A DNA stretch of 64,000 nucleotides from Micavibrio sp. (GTDB lineage: Bacteria > Pseudomonadota > Alphaproteobacteria > Micavibrionales > UBA2020): the NCBI GenBank assembly GCA_040377425.1, contig JBEIOU010000002.1, positions 145,355 to 209,354 of the forward strand. Direction: 5' to 3'. This document shows, one piece after another, positions 7,775 through 17,125 of this stretch. Position 1 is the stretch's first letter. Each line of letters starts with the position of its first letter. The notes beneath the pieces are model-generated. The model was not told where the DNA came from. It did not search any database and was given only the letters and a program-made list of their open reading frames with translations. The position numbers and the translations under genes were made by a program.

Positions 7775-9277
7775 ATGGATCGTCGTCGTTTTTTACGGGC
7801 GGGTTTGTTGTCGGCAGCGGGGCTGGCGGCGTTGTCGGCGGGCGGCTTTGGCGCATGGGCGCGGCCGCTTGAAAATGACCCCGATGCCGCGCTGCTGGAT
7901 GCGCAGGCGGGCATTGTCGTGAACGATGTGCATGGCCAGATCAACCGCACACGCGTATCTGTTATTCGCCATCCAATCGATAGCCTGTCTACCGCGCGGT
8001 TTATTCAGCCGGGGGGCGGCGTTGCCGTATGCGGCGGACGTCACGCCATGGGTGGCCAACAATTCGCCACAGGAAAAGCGTTGATTGACATGACATCGAT
8101 GAACCGTGTCATCAGCGTGGATCGCGCCGCGCGCACCGTCACGGCAGAGGCGGGCATTACATGGCCTGCGCTGGTTACGTGGCTGAACCGCGAAGCGCCC
8201 GAGCTGGCGATTATTCAAAAACAAACAGGCGCCGATGATTTGACATTGGGCGGCGCCCTGTCGGCCAATGCGCACGGGCGGGGGCTATCGCTGGCGCCGA
8301 TCATCAGTAACGTCGAGAAATTTACCCTGCGTATGGCGGATGGCGAACTGCGCACCTGCAGCCGCGATGAAAATGCCGAGCTGTTTTCGCTGGTCATTGG
8401 CGGATACGGTTTGTTTGGCATCATAGAAACAGTGACGCTGCGTTTGATGCAGCGGCGCAAGCTGCGCCGTGACGTAGAGATGCTGACCATCGACAAGCTG
8501 ATCGATGCGGTCGACCGCAAGGTGGTGCAGGGCTATTGGTATGGTGATTTCCAGTATAAAACCGATCCGGCGGCGGATGATTTTATGCGTACAGGTGTGT
8601 TTTCTTGCTATCAGCCCGTCGATGACGATGCCGAAGTTACGCCAGCCGGGCAAAACCTGTCGCTGGAAGATTGGCAAACGCTGTATGAACTGGCGCATGA
8701 TGATAAAAAAGCTGCATTTGAAAAATACAGCGCGCATTACCTGTCAACCAACGGCAATATCTATTGGTCTGACAGCCATCAGATGAGCACGTACCAGAAA
8801 GGCCAGAACCGCAAATACGCCGATAAAAAAGGCATCAGTAGCGGATCTTCGCTTGTCATCAGCGAAGTCTATTTCCCGCGCGAACAATTGGCGCAGGGCA
8901 TGGAAGAATGCCGCGCCGCCGCACTCCAGCAGGGGATGGATATCGTTTATGGCACAGTACGTTTTATCGAGCAGGATACCGAAAGTTTTTTGCCGTGGGC
9001 ACGCAAACGTTATGCCTGCGTTATTTTCAACCTGCATGTACGGCACACACAAGACGGCATCGCCAAAGCGCAGCACCATTTCCGCACGCTCTATGATATC
9101 GCGCTGAAATTCGGCGGCAGTTTCTTTTTGACATACCACGGCTGGGCACAAAAAGAACAGCTTGTGGCTGCTTATCCGCAGATTGGGGAGTTTTTTGAAT
9201 TAAAACGCAAATACGACCCGTATGAAAAATTCACCAGTGACTGGTATACGGCCAGCAAGGAAATGATCGGGCTTTAA
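7775..9277 (+). CDS. Tat-exported FAD-binding oxidoreductase (FAD_binding_4 family)
   Basis: Twin-arginine leader MDRRRFLRAGLLSAAGLAAL...AWA. GGRHAMGGQQF FAD-binding region. ATG at 7775 behind SD GGGAGGGG. Confidence 0.8.
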   Translation: MDRRRFLRAGLLSAAGLAALSAGGFGAWARPLENDPDAALLDAQAGIVVNDVHGQINRTRVSVIRHPIDSLSTARFIQPGGGVAVCGGRHAMGGQQFATGKALIDMTSMNRVISVDRAARTVTAEAGITWPALVTWLNREAPELAIIQKQTGADDLTLGGALSANAHGRGLSLAPIISNVEKFTLRMADGELRTCSRDENAELFSLVIGGYGLFGIIETVTLRLMQRRKLRRDVEMLTIDKLIDAVDRKVVQGYWYGDFQYKTDPAADDFMRTGVFSCYQPVDDDAEVTPAGQNLSLEDWQTLYELAHDDKKAAFEKYSAHYLSTNGNIYWSDSHQMSTYQKGQNRKYADKKGISSGSSLVISEVYFPREQLAQGMEECRAAALQQGMDIVYGTVRFIEQDTESFLPWARKRYACVIFNLHVRHTQDGIAKAQHHFRTLYDIALKFGGSFFLTYHGWAQKEQLVAAYPQIGEFFELKRKYDPYEKFTSDWYTASKEMIGL

Positions 9278-10510
9278 TTACAGGCCGGCCTTGCGTGCGC
9301 TGGTTTGTACGGGGGCTTTTGGCTGTTCGGGCGCGGCGGGGGCCTGATCGCCTATCAGGTTTTTGAAAATCTCCATGTTCCGCTCGCCGGTCACGAACAG
9401 GTATCGTGCATCTGATGCGTTTTTGCTTTCCGAGAAGCTGACGCCGATATACTGGTTGTCCAGGGATTTAAGAAGGCGCTCTTCCTCTGCCTTTGGCACC
9501 GTGTCTATGCGCACATAGGCATAATGGCCTGCCTGTTCGGTATGGGCATATGTCCATTTTTGCGCGGACAGGGTTTGAATATCGTTTTCATAGCTGGCGC
9601 GGAAAGCGTGGGTTTCGTTTACGCCCATGCCCATGCGTTCGCGGCCGTATTTGTCGCCGTACATTTCAAGTAAATCGGCATACAGGCGCGGCATGGCGTG
9701 GTTCCAGAATTGTTTCTGGCCTTCGGGGGTCAGGTTTGACTGTACTTCTTCGATATCGCTGACGAACTGGCTTTTCATCGCAAAAGCGCTTTTCGATTTG
9801 GGGAATGCTTTTTCAAGCTCTTCCTTGTCGGGGTGCATGTCCATGGCCTTGGTCAGATCCGGCGTCAGTTTGAACCCGACGCTGCGCATGGCAAAGAAAA
9901 AATCTGTGTTGTTTTGCGGCATGCGTTCCCACTTGGGGTAGCCTTCGATCAGGGCTTCTTGCAAGCGGGCCTGTGTTTCTATGCCGGATTTCAGGTAATC
10001 AATACCCATCCCTGTCGTGTTTAATACCGCGTTCATCACACGGCGTATAAATCCTGGTTGGAAGGCGCTGGTGGTCACTTCGTTGATGACCAGATTGCTG
10101 ATGGCGTCCTGTTTGGGATAGATAACAGAAAGGCCATCCTTGCCCATGCGTTCTTTGGCCCGCCAGTAGTGGTCGCCTTGCAGAATATGCGCCATTTCAT
10201 GGCCGAGCGTACCCAGCTTGCCACCAAAAATAGACAGCGGTTTATTGATAAAAATTTTACGCTCCCCGCCAAGGCGCGCGTAGCCGCCGACGGATAGCAT
10301 CTCGAACAGTTTTTTATACAGCGGGGGCTGTTTTTCCTTGCCGCTGTGAAAACTGCTGAGAGATGTCGTGAGGTTCACGCGCTGCGGATTTTCGTGCACG
10401 ATCTCAAGCCCGCGCGGCGGCCATTCACCAAATGACGCATGCAAAAGCTCGTCCACGCTGGCATGGCCGCGCATCAAAAGCTGGTTGGCCATTTTCTCGC
10501 GGTTATCCAT
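9278..10510 (-). CDS. hypothetical protein with HEXXH zinc-metallopeptidase-like motif (411 aa)
   Basis: GHEMAHILQGD; HEMAH is encoded at 10187-10201. The ATG at 10510 overlaps the stop of the upstream small ORF by 8 nt. The longer track ORF start at 10621 gives a basic non-protein-like extension. Confidence 0.7.
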   Translation of the reverse strand: MDNREKMANQLLMRGHASVDELLHASFGEWPPRGLEIVHENPQRVNLTTSLSSFHSGKEKQPPLYKKLFEMLSVGGYARLGGERKIFINKPLSIFGGKLGTLGHEMAHILQGDHYWRAKERMGKDGLSVIYPKQDAISNLVINEVTTSAFQPGFIRRVMNAVLNTTGMGIDYLKSGIETQARLQEALIEGYPKWERMPQNNTDFFFAMRSVGFKLTPDLTKAMDMHPDKEELEKAFPKSKSAFAMKSQFVSDIEEVQSNLTPEGQKQFWNHAMPRLYADLLEMYGDKYGRERMGMGVNETHAFRASYENDIQTLSAQKWTYAHTEQAGHYAYVRIDTVPKAEEERLLKSLDNQYIGVSFSESKNASDARYLFVTGERNMEIFKNLIGDQAPAAPEQPKAPVQTSARKAGL

Positions 10511-10793
10511 TGCGGGGCGCCATGAAAGAGGAGGTTTTTTTCGGCGTCGGTTTCGGCCCTTCGTTGAGGGCGCCGACTTTGACGAGTGTTTCAAGCAGTT
10601 CTTTTTCGGCCTGCGGGGCATCTATCGCGGGTATAGAAATGCCGTATCGCTGGTTCCAGAGTTTTTGCTGATAATCCCACCATTCTTTGTAACTAAGGCC
10701 GGTGCCGGTTTTGGAATCTTCATAGAGGGCCTGCACAACCGACTTTTCGTCGGCGCCTTTAAATTCACCAAAAAAGGTATGGTAAGTCTTCAT
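10503..10793 (-). CDS. hypothetical small protein (96 aa), translationally coupled to the HEXXH protein
   Basis: ATG at 10793 behind SD ACGGGGA. Trp/Tyr-rich helical sequence (KEWWDYQQKLWNQRYG). Confidence 0.6.
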   Translation of the reverse strand: MKTYHTFFGEFKGADEKSVVQALYEDSKTGTGLSYKEWWDYQQKLWNQRYGISIPAIDAPQAEKELLETLVKVGALNEGPKPTPKKTSSFMAPRNG

Positions 10794-10913
10794 CTGCGTC
10801 CCCGTGGCTTATTCTGCATTATCATACCATATCCTTTAAAAAAGATGAAAGTATATGGAATTTGACGCCGGTGCGGCCTTAATGTCTTGATACCAAAGGA
10901 AACCACTCGGCAC

Positions 10914-10935
10914 AAAAAAAGGCGCCATGGGCGCC
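10914..10935 (-). terminator. intrinsic terminator downstream of tRNA-Cys
   Basis: The minus strand reads GGCGCCCATGGCGCC followed by TTTTTTT. Confidence 0.6.
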
Positions 10936-10975
10936 CTTGTCTGTCATCTGTTATTTAAAACAGTGTCTTGAGAAG

Positions 10976-11049
10976 TGGAGGCACGGGCCGGAATCGAACC
11001 GGCATTCACGGATTTGCAATCCGCTACATCGCCATTCTGCCACCGCGCC
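10976..11049 (-). tRNA. tRNA-Cys (anticodon GCA)
   Basis: The reverse complement GGCGCGGTGGCAGAATGG...GATTGCAAATC...GGTTCGATTCCGGCCCGTGCCTCCA folds as a cloverleaf. Confidence 0.95.
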
Positions 11050-11231
11050 ATCTCTCGGGTTGATTTTGTAGCCTAAAAACGCAGGCTTCTCAAGTGCTGG
11101 TACTGTTCAAGGTGGGGAAAAGGGTATAAAAATATGTGCGAGTGCTTATATATGCGGGGCCTGCGCCCTGTATTCAATATACCATAATATAAACAACAGC
11201 CGTAATGGCCGTAACATAGGTAGATGCGCAA

Positions 11232-11894
11232 ATGATGCAAAGCTTTGATATTGCCCGTGAAAATATGATTTTCAGCCAGTTGCGCCCGAACGGAATTTCA
11301 TCCCCCGCGCTGATCGAGGCCTTGAAGGCCGTGCCGCGCGAACAATTCGTGCCGCGCCACCTGCAGCGTATCGCGTATGTCGACGAAGATATCGATCTGG
11401 GCGGGGGCCGCTATCTGGCCGAGCCGGCCGTCATTGCCCGCCTGCTGCAGGCGCTGGATGTGTTGCAGGGCGATATTGTTCTGGATATTGGCACGGGTAC
11501 CGGCTATGGCGCCGCGCTGATGGCGCAGATGGCTGCAACCGTGGTTGCGATCGAAGCCGACGCCGATATGGCCTCCGAAGCGGAGCGTCTGCTGCGCGAT
11601 CTGGATATCTGCAACGTCGCGGTTGTGCAGCAGAAGGCATTGCCCGAAGGTTATGCCACGCAGGCGCCGTACCATAAAATTCTGATCAACGGTTCCGTTG
11701 CCAGTGTGCCCGAGCAGATCCTGAACCAGCTGGCTGATGGCGGCCGCCTTGTTGCTGTGATCTCCAGCAAGGGGCATATGGGTTCGGCTGTGCTGTACAC
11801 CCGCAGTGGCGATAGCTTTTCTAAACGCGTCCTGTTCGATGCGGCGACGCCGACCTTGCCGGGTTTTGCTGCGCCGAAATCGTTTGAATTTTAA
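11232..11894 (+). CDS. pcm: protein-L-isoaspartate O-methyltransferase family protein
   Basis: SAM motif VLDIGTGTGYGAALMA. Part of the pcm-tolC-DUF2497 gene order. Confidence 0.85.
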   Translation: MMQSFDIARENMIFSQLRPNGISSPALIEALKAVPREQFVPRHLQRIAYVDEDIDLGGGRYLAEPAVIARLLQALDVLQGDIVLDIGTGTGYGAALMAQMAATVVAIEADADMASEAERLLRDLDICNVAVVQQKALPEGYATQAPYHKILINGSVASVPEQILNQLADGGRLVAVISSKGHMGSAVLYTRSGDSFSKRVLFDAATPTLPGFAAPKSFEF

Positions 11895-13274
11895 ATGCGT
11901 TCGTTTCGGCTTTTTGTGTGCTGCATCAGCTTCTCTGCCGCGTTGTTGGCGGGCGGGGCGCATGTCAGGGCCCAAGAAGACGCTGTCGTTTCCGTTTTCA
12001 CGCAGTCCCTTGCCGACGCTTATTTAAACAATCCAGAACTGGAAGCCGCGCGCGCCGAATTGCGCGGCGTGGATGAAACCTATGCGCAGGCGATGGCGGG
12101 CTATCGGCCTCAGGTTTCAGGTGAAGTTTCGTATACATCTTCTCGTTATAACGGCGATATGTTTGACAGCCATGCCGACCCCAAAGACGTTGCCATCGCC
12201 CTGCGCCAGCCGGTATACCGCGGCGGCAGCACGGATGCGAACGTAGAGGCATCTTTCAATCAAATCAAAGCGCAGCGGGCTGTTCTTCATTTAACCGAGC
12301 AAGATGTGTTGCTGGCGGCGGTCACAGCCTATATGGATGTGCGCCGCGATGGCGAGCTTGTGCGATTAAACGTCAATAATGAAAAGGTGTTACAAGAGCA
12401 TCTTGAAGCATCGCGTAAACGTTTTTCTCTCGGCGATATCACGAAAACCGATGTCAGCCAGGCGGAATCCCGTCTTGCCAATGCAACCGCCGGGCGCGTC
12501 AGGGCGGAGGGGGCGTTGCGTGCCAGTGCCGCGCGGTTTGAACAGGTCATGGGCCAGCAACCGCCGGCCGAATTACCTGCCCCGTCCTATGTTCTGCCCT
12601 TGCCTGAAACAGAGGATGCCGCCGTGGCGCTGGCCGAAGCGCAGAATCCAAATATCCATTTTGCAGATTTCAATCATGACGCCGCCCGCGCCACCACCCG
12701 TGCTGTGGCGGGGGAGCTGCTGCCGCAGGTCGATCTGACGGGCAGCCTTGGCCGTACCTATGACCCTGCGCAACGTATGGATGATGATGTGAATACGACA
12801 AGTGTTGGTGTGGTGGCGACCATCCCGCTTTATACGGGCGGGGCCGTTGATGCACGGGTGCGCCAGTCACGGCAGGTCGAAGCCCAGCGCCGCAGACAGC
12901 AGCAGCAGGCCGCCCGTTCGGTACGTCAGGATGTCGTCGATGCCTGGGCAGGGCTCACTGCGGCCGAGGCTGAAATGCTGGCCCGCAAAACCCAGATCGA
13001 CGCGGCCAAGCTGGCGCTGGACGGTGTCCGTATCGAGCGTGATTATGGATCGCGCACCACGCTGGATTTGCTGGATGCAGAGCAGGAACATCTGGATGCG
13101 CAGGTCGCCCATGTCACGGCCCAGCGCGACAAGATCGTTGCCGAATACCGCGTGCTGGCTGCCGTGGGGGATCTGACTGCCGCGCAATTAAACCTGCCCG
13201 TGCCGGTATATAACCCGCAGGAAAATTTCCAGAAGGTCAAAAATCGCTGGATTGGAACGCGCATTGACGAATAA
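11895..13274 (+). CDS. tolC: TolC family outer membrane protein
   Basis: Signal peptide and two TolC repeats (e.g. DITKTDVSQAESRLA, TTLDLLDAEQE). Confidence 0.9.
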   Translation: MRSFRLFVCCISFSAALLAGGAHVRAQEDAVVSVFTQSLADAYLNNPELEAARAELRGVDETYAQAMAGYRPQVSGEVSYTSSRYNGDMFDSHADPKDVAIALRQPVYRGGSTDANVEASFNQIKAQRAVLHLTEQDVLLAAVTAYMDVRRDGELVRLNVNNEKVLQEHLEASRKRFSLGDITKTDVSQAESRLANATAGRVRAEGALRASAARFEQVMGQQPPAELPAPSYVLPLPETEDAAVALAEAQNPNIHFADFNHDAARATTRAVAGELLPQVDLTGSLGRTYDPAQRMDDDVNTTSVGVVATIPLYTGGAVDARVRQSRQVEAQRRRQQQQAARSVRQDVVDAWAGLTAAEAEMLARKTQIDAAKLALDGVRIERDYGSRTTLDLLDAEQEHLDAQVAHVTAQRDKIVAEYRVLAAVGDLTAAQLNLPVPVYNPQENFQKVKNRWIGTRIDE

Positions 13275-13379
13275 AAGCGGCGGTGCCATGCGGGCGGGCG
13301 TTCAAATCTGACTCGCTTTTCTGGTTTAAATCGCTTAAAAATAGAATATTCAAGACTTTAGAACAAAACGGTCATCCAG

Positions 13380-13994
13380 ATGCCAGAACCTAAAACAGAA
13401 CAAGATGCTTCTATCGAAGAAATTCTGGAATCGATCCGCCAGATTATTAACGAAGATGGCGAGCCGATTGCCCGTGGTGCAGGCGCCGACCTGCGCCCGC
13501 AGGCGCCTGCTGCAGACCCTGCAGGCATGCTGCGCGACGATGACACCCCTCTTGATCTGACCATGGAAGATGCGGCGGCGGATGATGAATTTGACCGTGG
13601 CGGCGTCATCGACCTGACCGATAAAGTCGAGAACATCAGCAATGCCGAAGAAATGCTCGGCGAAGATTTGATGAACCCTGAATATGACCCCGATCCGCCG
13701 GTGCAGATCGATTTGCAGGAAGCGCCCCCCATGAATATGGTTTCCGACGATACACTGCTGTCCGAAAAAACCGCCGATGCGGCCGCCAATGAAATGGCCA
13801 AGCTGCTGGCTGGCAATGTGGCCGTCGAGCGTGACGAACCGGGCCGCGTGGGCCGTCTGACGCTGGAAGACATGGCGCGCGATCTGATGCGTCCGCTGAT
13901 TAAAACATGGCTGGACGAAAACCTGCCCCGCGTGATTGACCGCGTTGTCACGCGTGAGCTGGAAAAACTCGCCCGCCGCGCTCGCGACGAATAA
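13380..13994 (+). CDS. DUF2497 protein, PopZ-like polar organizing protein
   Basis: N-terminal SIEEILESIRQIINED, an acidic/Pro-rich middle, and C-terminal LEDMARDLMRPLIKTWLDENLPRVIDRVV, all characteristic of PopZ/DUF2497. Confidence 0.75.
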   Translation: MPEPKTEQDASIEEILESIRQIINEDGEPIARGAGADLRPQAPAADPAGMLRDDDTPLDLTMEDAAADDEFDRGGVIDLTDKVENISNAEEMLGEDLMNPEYDPDPPVQIDLQEAPPMNMVSDDTLLSEKTADAAANEMAKLLAGNVAVERDEPGRVGRLTLEDMARDLMRPLIKTWLDENLPRVIDRVVTRELEKLARRARDE

Positions 13995-14051
13995 TTTATA
14001 TTTTGTTATCAAAAAATACCGCCGCGATCGTCGTATCGCCTGCGCGGCGCT

Positions 14052-17009
14052 TTAGTGTTTTTTTGCTTTTGCCGGTTTGGTCGCCATAGGCGGCGATAGC
14101 AGGCGGGCGCATAGTTTTTCGCTTTCGCCCAGACATTTCAAAAAGGATTTGCTGGCCGTTTTGAAATTGGGCGCCGCGTTTTTTTTGGTTTGCCTGACGG
14201 GCGCAGGCAGGCAGGCTGATAAAATATCTGCCAGCCGTGCCTGCATGCCCGCAGTGGCGCGGGCCGGATCAAAGGGCAAGGCCGCGGACAGACGCAAAAA
14301 TGCCTGTGCCGATAACGTGGCACGGTAAATCTGCAAAAGGGCCGCCGCGTCGTCTGCCGTCAGTTTTTTTGATTTTTTTAGCGCAGCGATGGCCTGCGGC
14401 GTATGGGCGGTGACGATATGCGGTGCATAATGCGCATGCCGCAGCTGCAGGTATTGCAGCATGAACAGCTGATCCATCATACCGCCGCGGCGGTATTTCA
14501 AATCCCACGGGTGGTCGTCCGCACCGAATTGTTTTCGTACGCGCAACTGCATATCGGCAATGTCCGCCTGCAGTTTTTGCGCATCGCGCGAGCCGCATAA
14601 AATCCGGGCAATGCCTGCCGTCAGTTTCGCCGATGTTTTCGGATCGCCATAAATGATACGGTGACGCAGCAGGGACATATGTTCCCACGTCCAGGCGTTT
14701 TTGGTTTGATAGGCCAGAAAACCCTCTACGGAGACCGCCAGCGGCCCATCGTTGCCGGCAGGGCGCAGGCGGGCGTCAACGCTATACAATACGCTTTCCG
14801 ACGTGGGCGCCGTGATCGCGGATATCAGCCGCTGCGTCAGGCGAATATAATATTGGCTGGCGGCCAGTGGTTTTTCACCGCTGCTGCTGGCGTTTGCAGG
14901 GGCATCGTATAGCGCGACAAGGTCGAGGTCTGAATCCGTGAACATCGCCTGCGCAGCAAAGCTGCCCATCGCCAGCAAAAGATAACGGCCGCCTTTGACC
15001 GTGCCATGCGTGCGGGAAAATTCACGCTCTACCGCGGGGGTCAACAGGCGTAGAGATGCTTCGGCGATATCGCTGAGATAGGCAGCAGTTTGTAAGGTAT
15101 CCGATAGCCGGCGCAAAATATGAATGCCGGCATGGAAACGTTTTTCACGTGCCCAGCGGCGTGTGATGTCCAGCGTGTCCTGATAATCGCGCGCGGCATC
15201 CAGCCTGCGTTTCAGTTCATCTTCCAGCCATGCCAGTGTGGGCAACCGGCCAAAGAAATCACGGCTGATAACGCCATCCAGCACTTGCGGATGTGTGCCC
15301 AGCCATTCCGCCAGCGCCGGCGCGGCGCCCATGATTTCGGCTGTTAAATCCAGCAGCTGCGGGTGATGCGCAAACATCGAAAAAATCGGAATGCCCGACG
15401 GCAGTTTTTCAAGGAAACGGTCAAAGCGGATAAAGGCTTCGTCCGGCTGCGGCGTAGCGCCCAGCGTGCGCAGCAGGTGCGGCGTTATTTCCGTTAAAAT
15501 TTGGCGGGCGCGTTCGCTGCGCACGGCGCGGTAGCGTCCATGGTGCCAGCCGCGAATGGCGGCAGTGATTTTTTCGGGCGCGCCAAACCCCATGCCGCGC
15601 AGGGTTTGCAGCGTTTCGGGGTCATCTTCAACGCCTGTAAAAACCAGATTGCCATCCTGCGACAGACTCTGGGACTCGCGGAACAGGGCGCTGTATCTAT
15701 TTTGTACGGCTGTCATGTGTGTTTTCAGGTCAGCGATCAATTCTTCGCTGCGCGGATATCCGCAGAATGCGGCGGCGGTATCGAAATCTTGCGGGTGCGT
15801 AGGCAGGCTATGCGTTTGACGGTCGTCTATCATTTGTAAACGGTGTTCGACGTGCCGCAAAAAAAGATAGGCAGCGGTCAGCGCATCACGGTCTTGCGGT
15901 GTGATATGTTCGCCATCGCATAAAATCCGCAGGGCCGCCAGCGTGGAGGGGGTACGCAGTGCCGTATCACGTCCACCAAAAATCAGCTGCTGCGTCTGCG
16001 CGTAAAATTCAATTTCGCGGATCCCGCCATGTCCCAGTTTGACATTGACACCCAGATAAGGATTATCGCCGGGCTTGCGCGGCGATGGTCTGAATTGTTT
16101 GGCGTTGATCTGGCGCTTGATGGAATGAATGTCTTGAATCGCTGCAAAATCAAGGTTTCTGCGCCATATCCACGCCGACATCAAGCGCGTGAAATCATCT
16201 GCCAGTCGCGTGTCGCCGGCGACAGGGCGGGCTTTGATCATCGCGGCGCGTTCCCAGTTCTGGCCAAGGCTGCCGTAATACATTTCGGCCGTCGCAATCG
16301 AAACCGCCAGCGGCATCGCACCCGGATCAGGGCGCAGACGCAGGTCACAGCGAAAGACGTAGCCATCTGCGGTCGGTTGTTCGATCATCTGCGCCAGATC
16401 GCGCGTGAAGCGTATAAAAAATGCCTGCGCCGCGTCCGGATCTTTGATGGGCGTGCGGGCGGCGTCGAACAGTACCATCAAATCAATATCGCTGGAATAA
16501 TTCAATTCGTGCGCACCCCATTTACCAAGGGCGATCACGCAAACGCCGCTGCCGTCCTGCGGCATTTTGGGGCGGGGCAGTTTGATGAGTTTTGCATCGT
16601 GCGCTGATTTCAGCAGACTATCCGCCGCCGCACGGACGGCGGCATCGGCAAAATCCGACAGGCAGCGCATGACACGCACGGTATCCCATGCACCGCGGAT
16701 GTCGGCAAGGCCGCAGAGCAGCGCCATTTTCTGCTTGGCAATGCGCAGGGTTTTGCGCACGGCATCGTGGGAATAATCAGCGGACAGATTTTGCGACATT
16801 TCCGCGTAAACATCTGCTTCCGCCATATCGGGCGGGCATGCGGCCACATCGGGCCAGCGCAAATACAGGTCCGCGAGATAGGGGCTGTGGCGCAAATGCG
16901 ACGATACTGTGTCTTTTATGCCTGCGGTTTTGGGCGCTTTGCGCGGCGGGCTTTTTTTGCCTTTCGCCGCCTTGCCGGATATGCCTGTTTTTTTGACTTT
17001 ACGGGACAA
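14052..17009 (-). CDS. glnE: bifunctional glutamine synthetase adenylyltransferase/adenylyl-removing enzyme
   Basis: Two nucleotidyltransferase modules (GKWGAHELNYSSDIDL..., GSFAAQAMFTDSDLDL...). The annotated start is TTG with SD GAAAGAG, so the start is uncertain. Confidence 0.9.
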   Translation of the reverse strand: MSRKVKKTGISGKAAKGKKSPPRKAPKTAGIKDTVSSHLRHSPYLADLYLRWPDVAACPPDMAEADVYAEMSQNLSADYSHDAVRKTLRIAKQKMALLCGLADIRGAWDTVRVMRCLSDFADAAVRAAADSLLKSAHDAKLIKLPRPKMPQDGSGVCVIALGKWGAHELNYSSDIDLMVLFDAARTPIKDPDAAQAFFIRFTRDLAQMIEQPTADGYVFRCDLRLRPDPGAMPLAVSIATAEMYYGSLGQNWERAAMIKARPVAGDTRLADDFTRLMSAWIWRRNLDFAAIQDIHSIKRQINAKQFRPSPRKPGDNPYLGVNVKLGHGGIREIEFYAQTQQLIFGGRDTALRTPSTLAALRILCDGEHITPQDRDALTAAYLFLRHVEHRLQMIDDRQTHSLPTHPQDFDTAAAFCGYPRSEELIADLKTHMTAVQNRYSALFRESQSLSQDGNLVFTGVEDDPETLQTLRGMGFGAPEKITAAIRGWHHGRYRAVRSERARQILTEITPHLLRTLGATPQPDEAFIRFDRFLEKLPSGIPIFSMFAHHPQLLDLTAEIMGAAPALAEWLGTHPQVLDGVISRDFFGRLPTLAWLEDELKRRLDAARDYQDTLDITRRWAREKRFHAGIHILRRLSDTLQTAAYLSDIAEASLRLLTPAVEREFSRTHGTVKGGRYLLLAMGSFAAQAMFTDSDLDLVALYDAPANASSSGEKPLAASQYYIRLTQRLISAITAPTSESVLYSVDARLRPAGNDGPLAVSVEGFLAYQTKNAWTWEHMSLLRHRIIYGDPKTSAKLTAGIARILCGSRDAQKLQADIADMQLRVRKQFGADDHPWDLKYRRGGMMDQLFMLQYLQLRHAHYAPHIVTAHTPQAIAALKKSKKLTADDAAALLQIYRATLSAQAFLRLSAALPFDPARATAGMQARLADILSACLPAPVRQTKKNAAPNFKTASKSFLKCLGESEKLCARLLSPPMATKPAKAKKH

Positions 17010-17125
17010 GGGGGCTTACTCTTTCGGCCGGAAAAAGGCTATAATTTGCGGGCTGGCCGCCGCGGCGATCGCGGCCAAATATGGCATCATCATATCGCCA
17101 ATTCTACCGGGGATAAAGAGACAGC

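Noticed and set aside
10511-10621. Longer start (ATG at 10621) for the HEXXH protein.
   Set aside because: It would overlap the last 39 codons of the 96-aa ORF in another frame. It also adds a highly basic non-protein-like peptide (MPRRPKKNCLKHSSKSAPSTKGRNRRRKK...).
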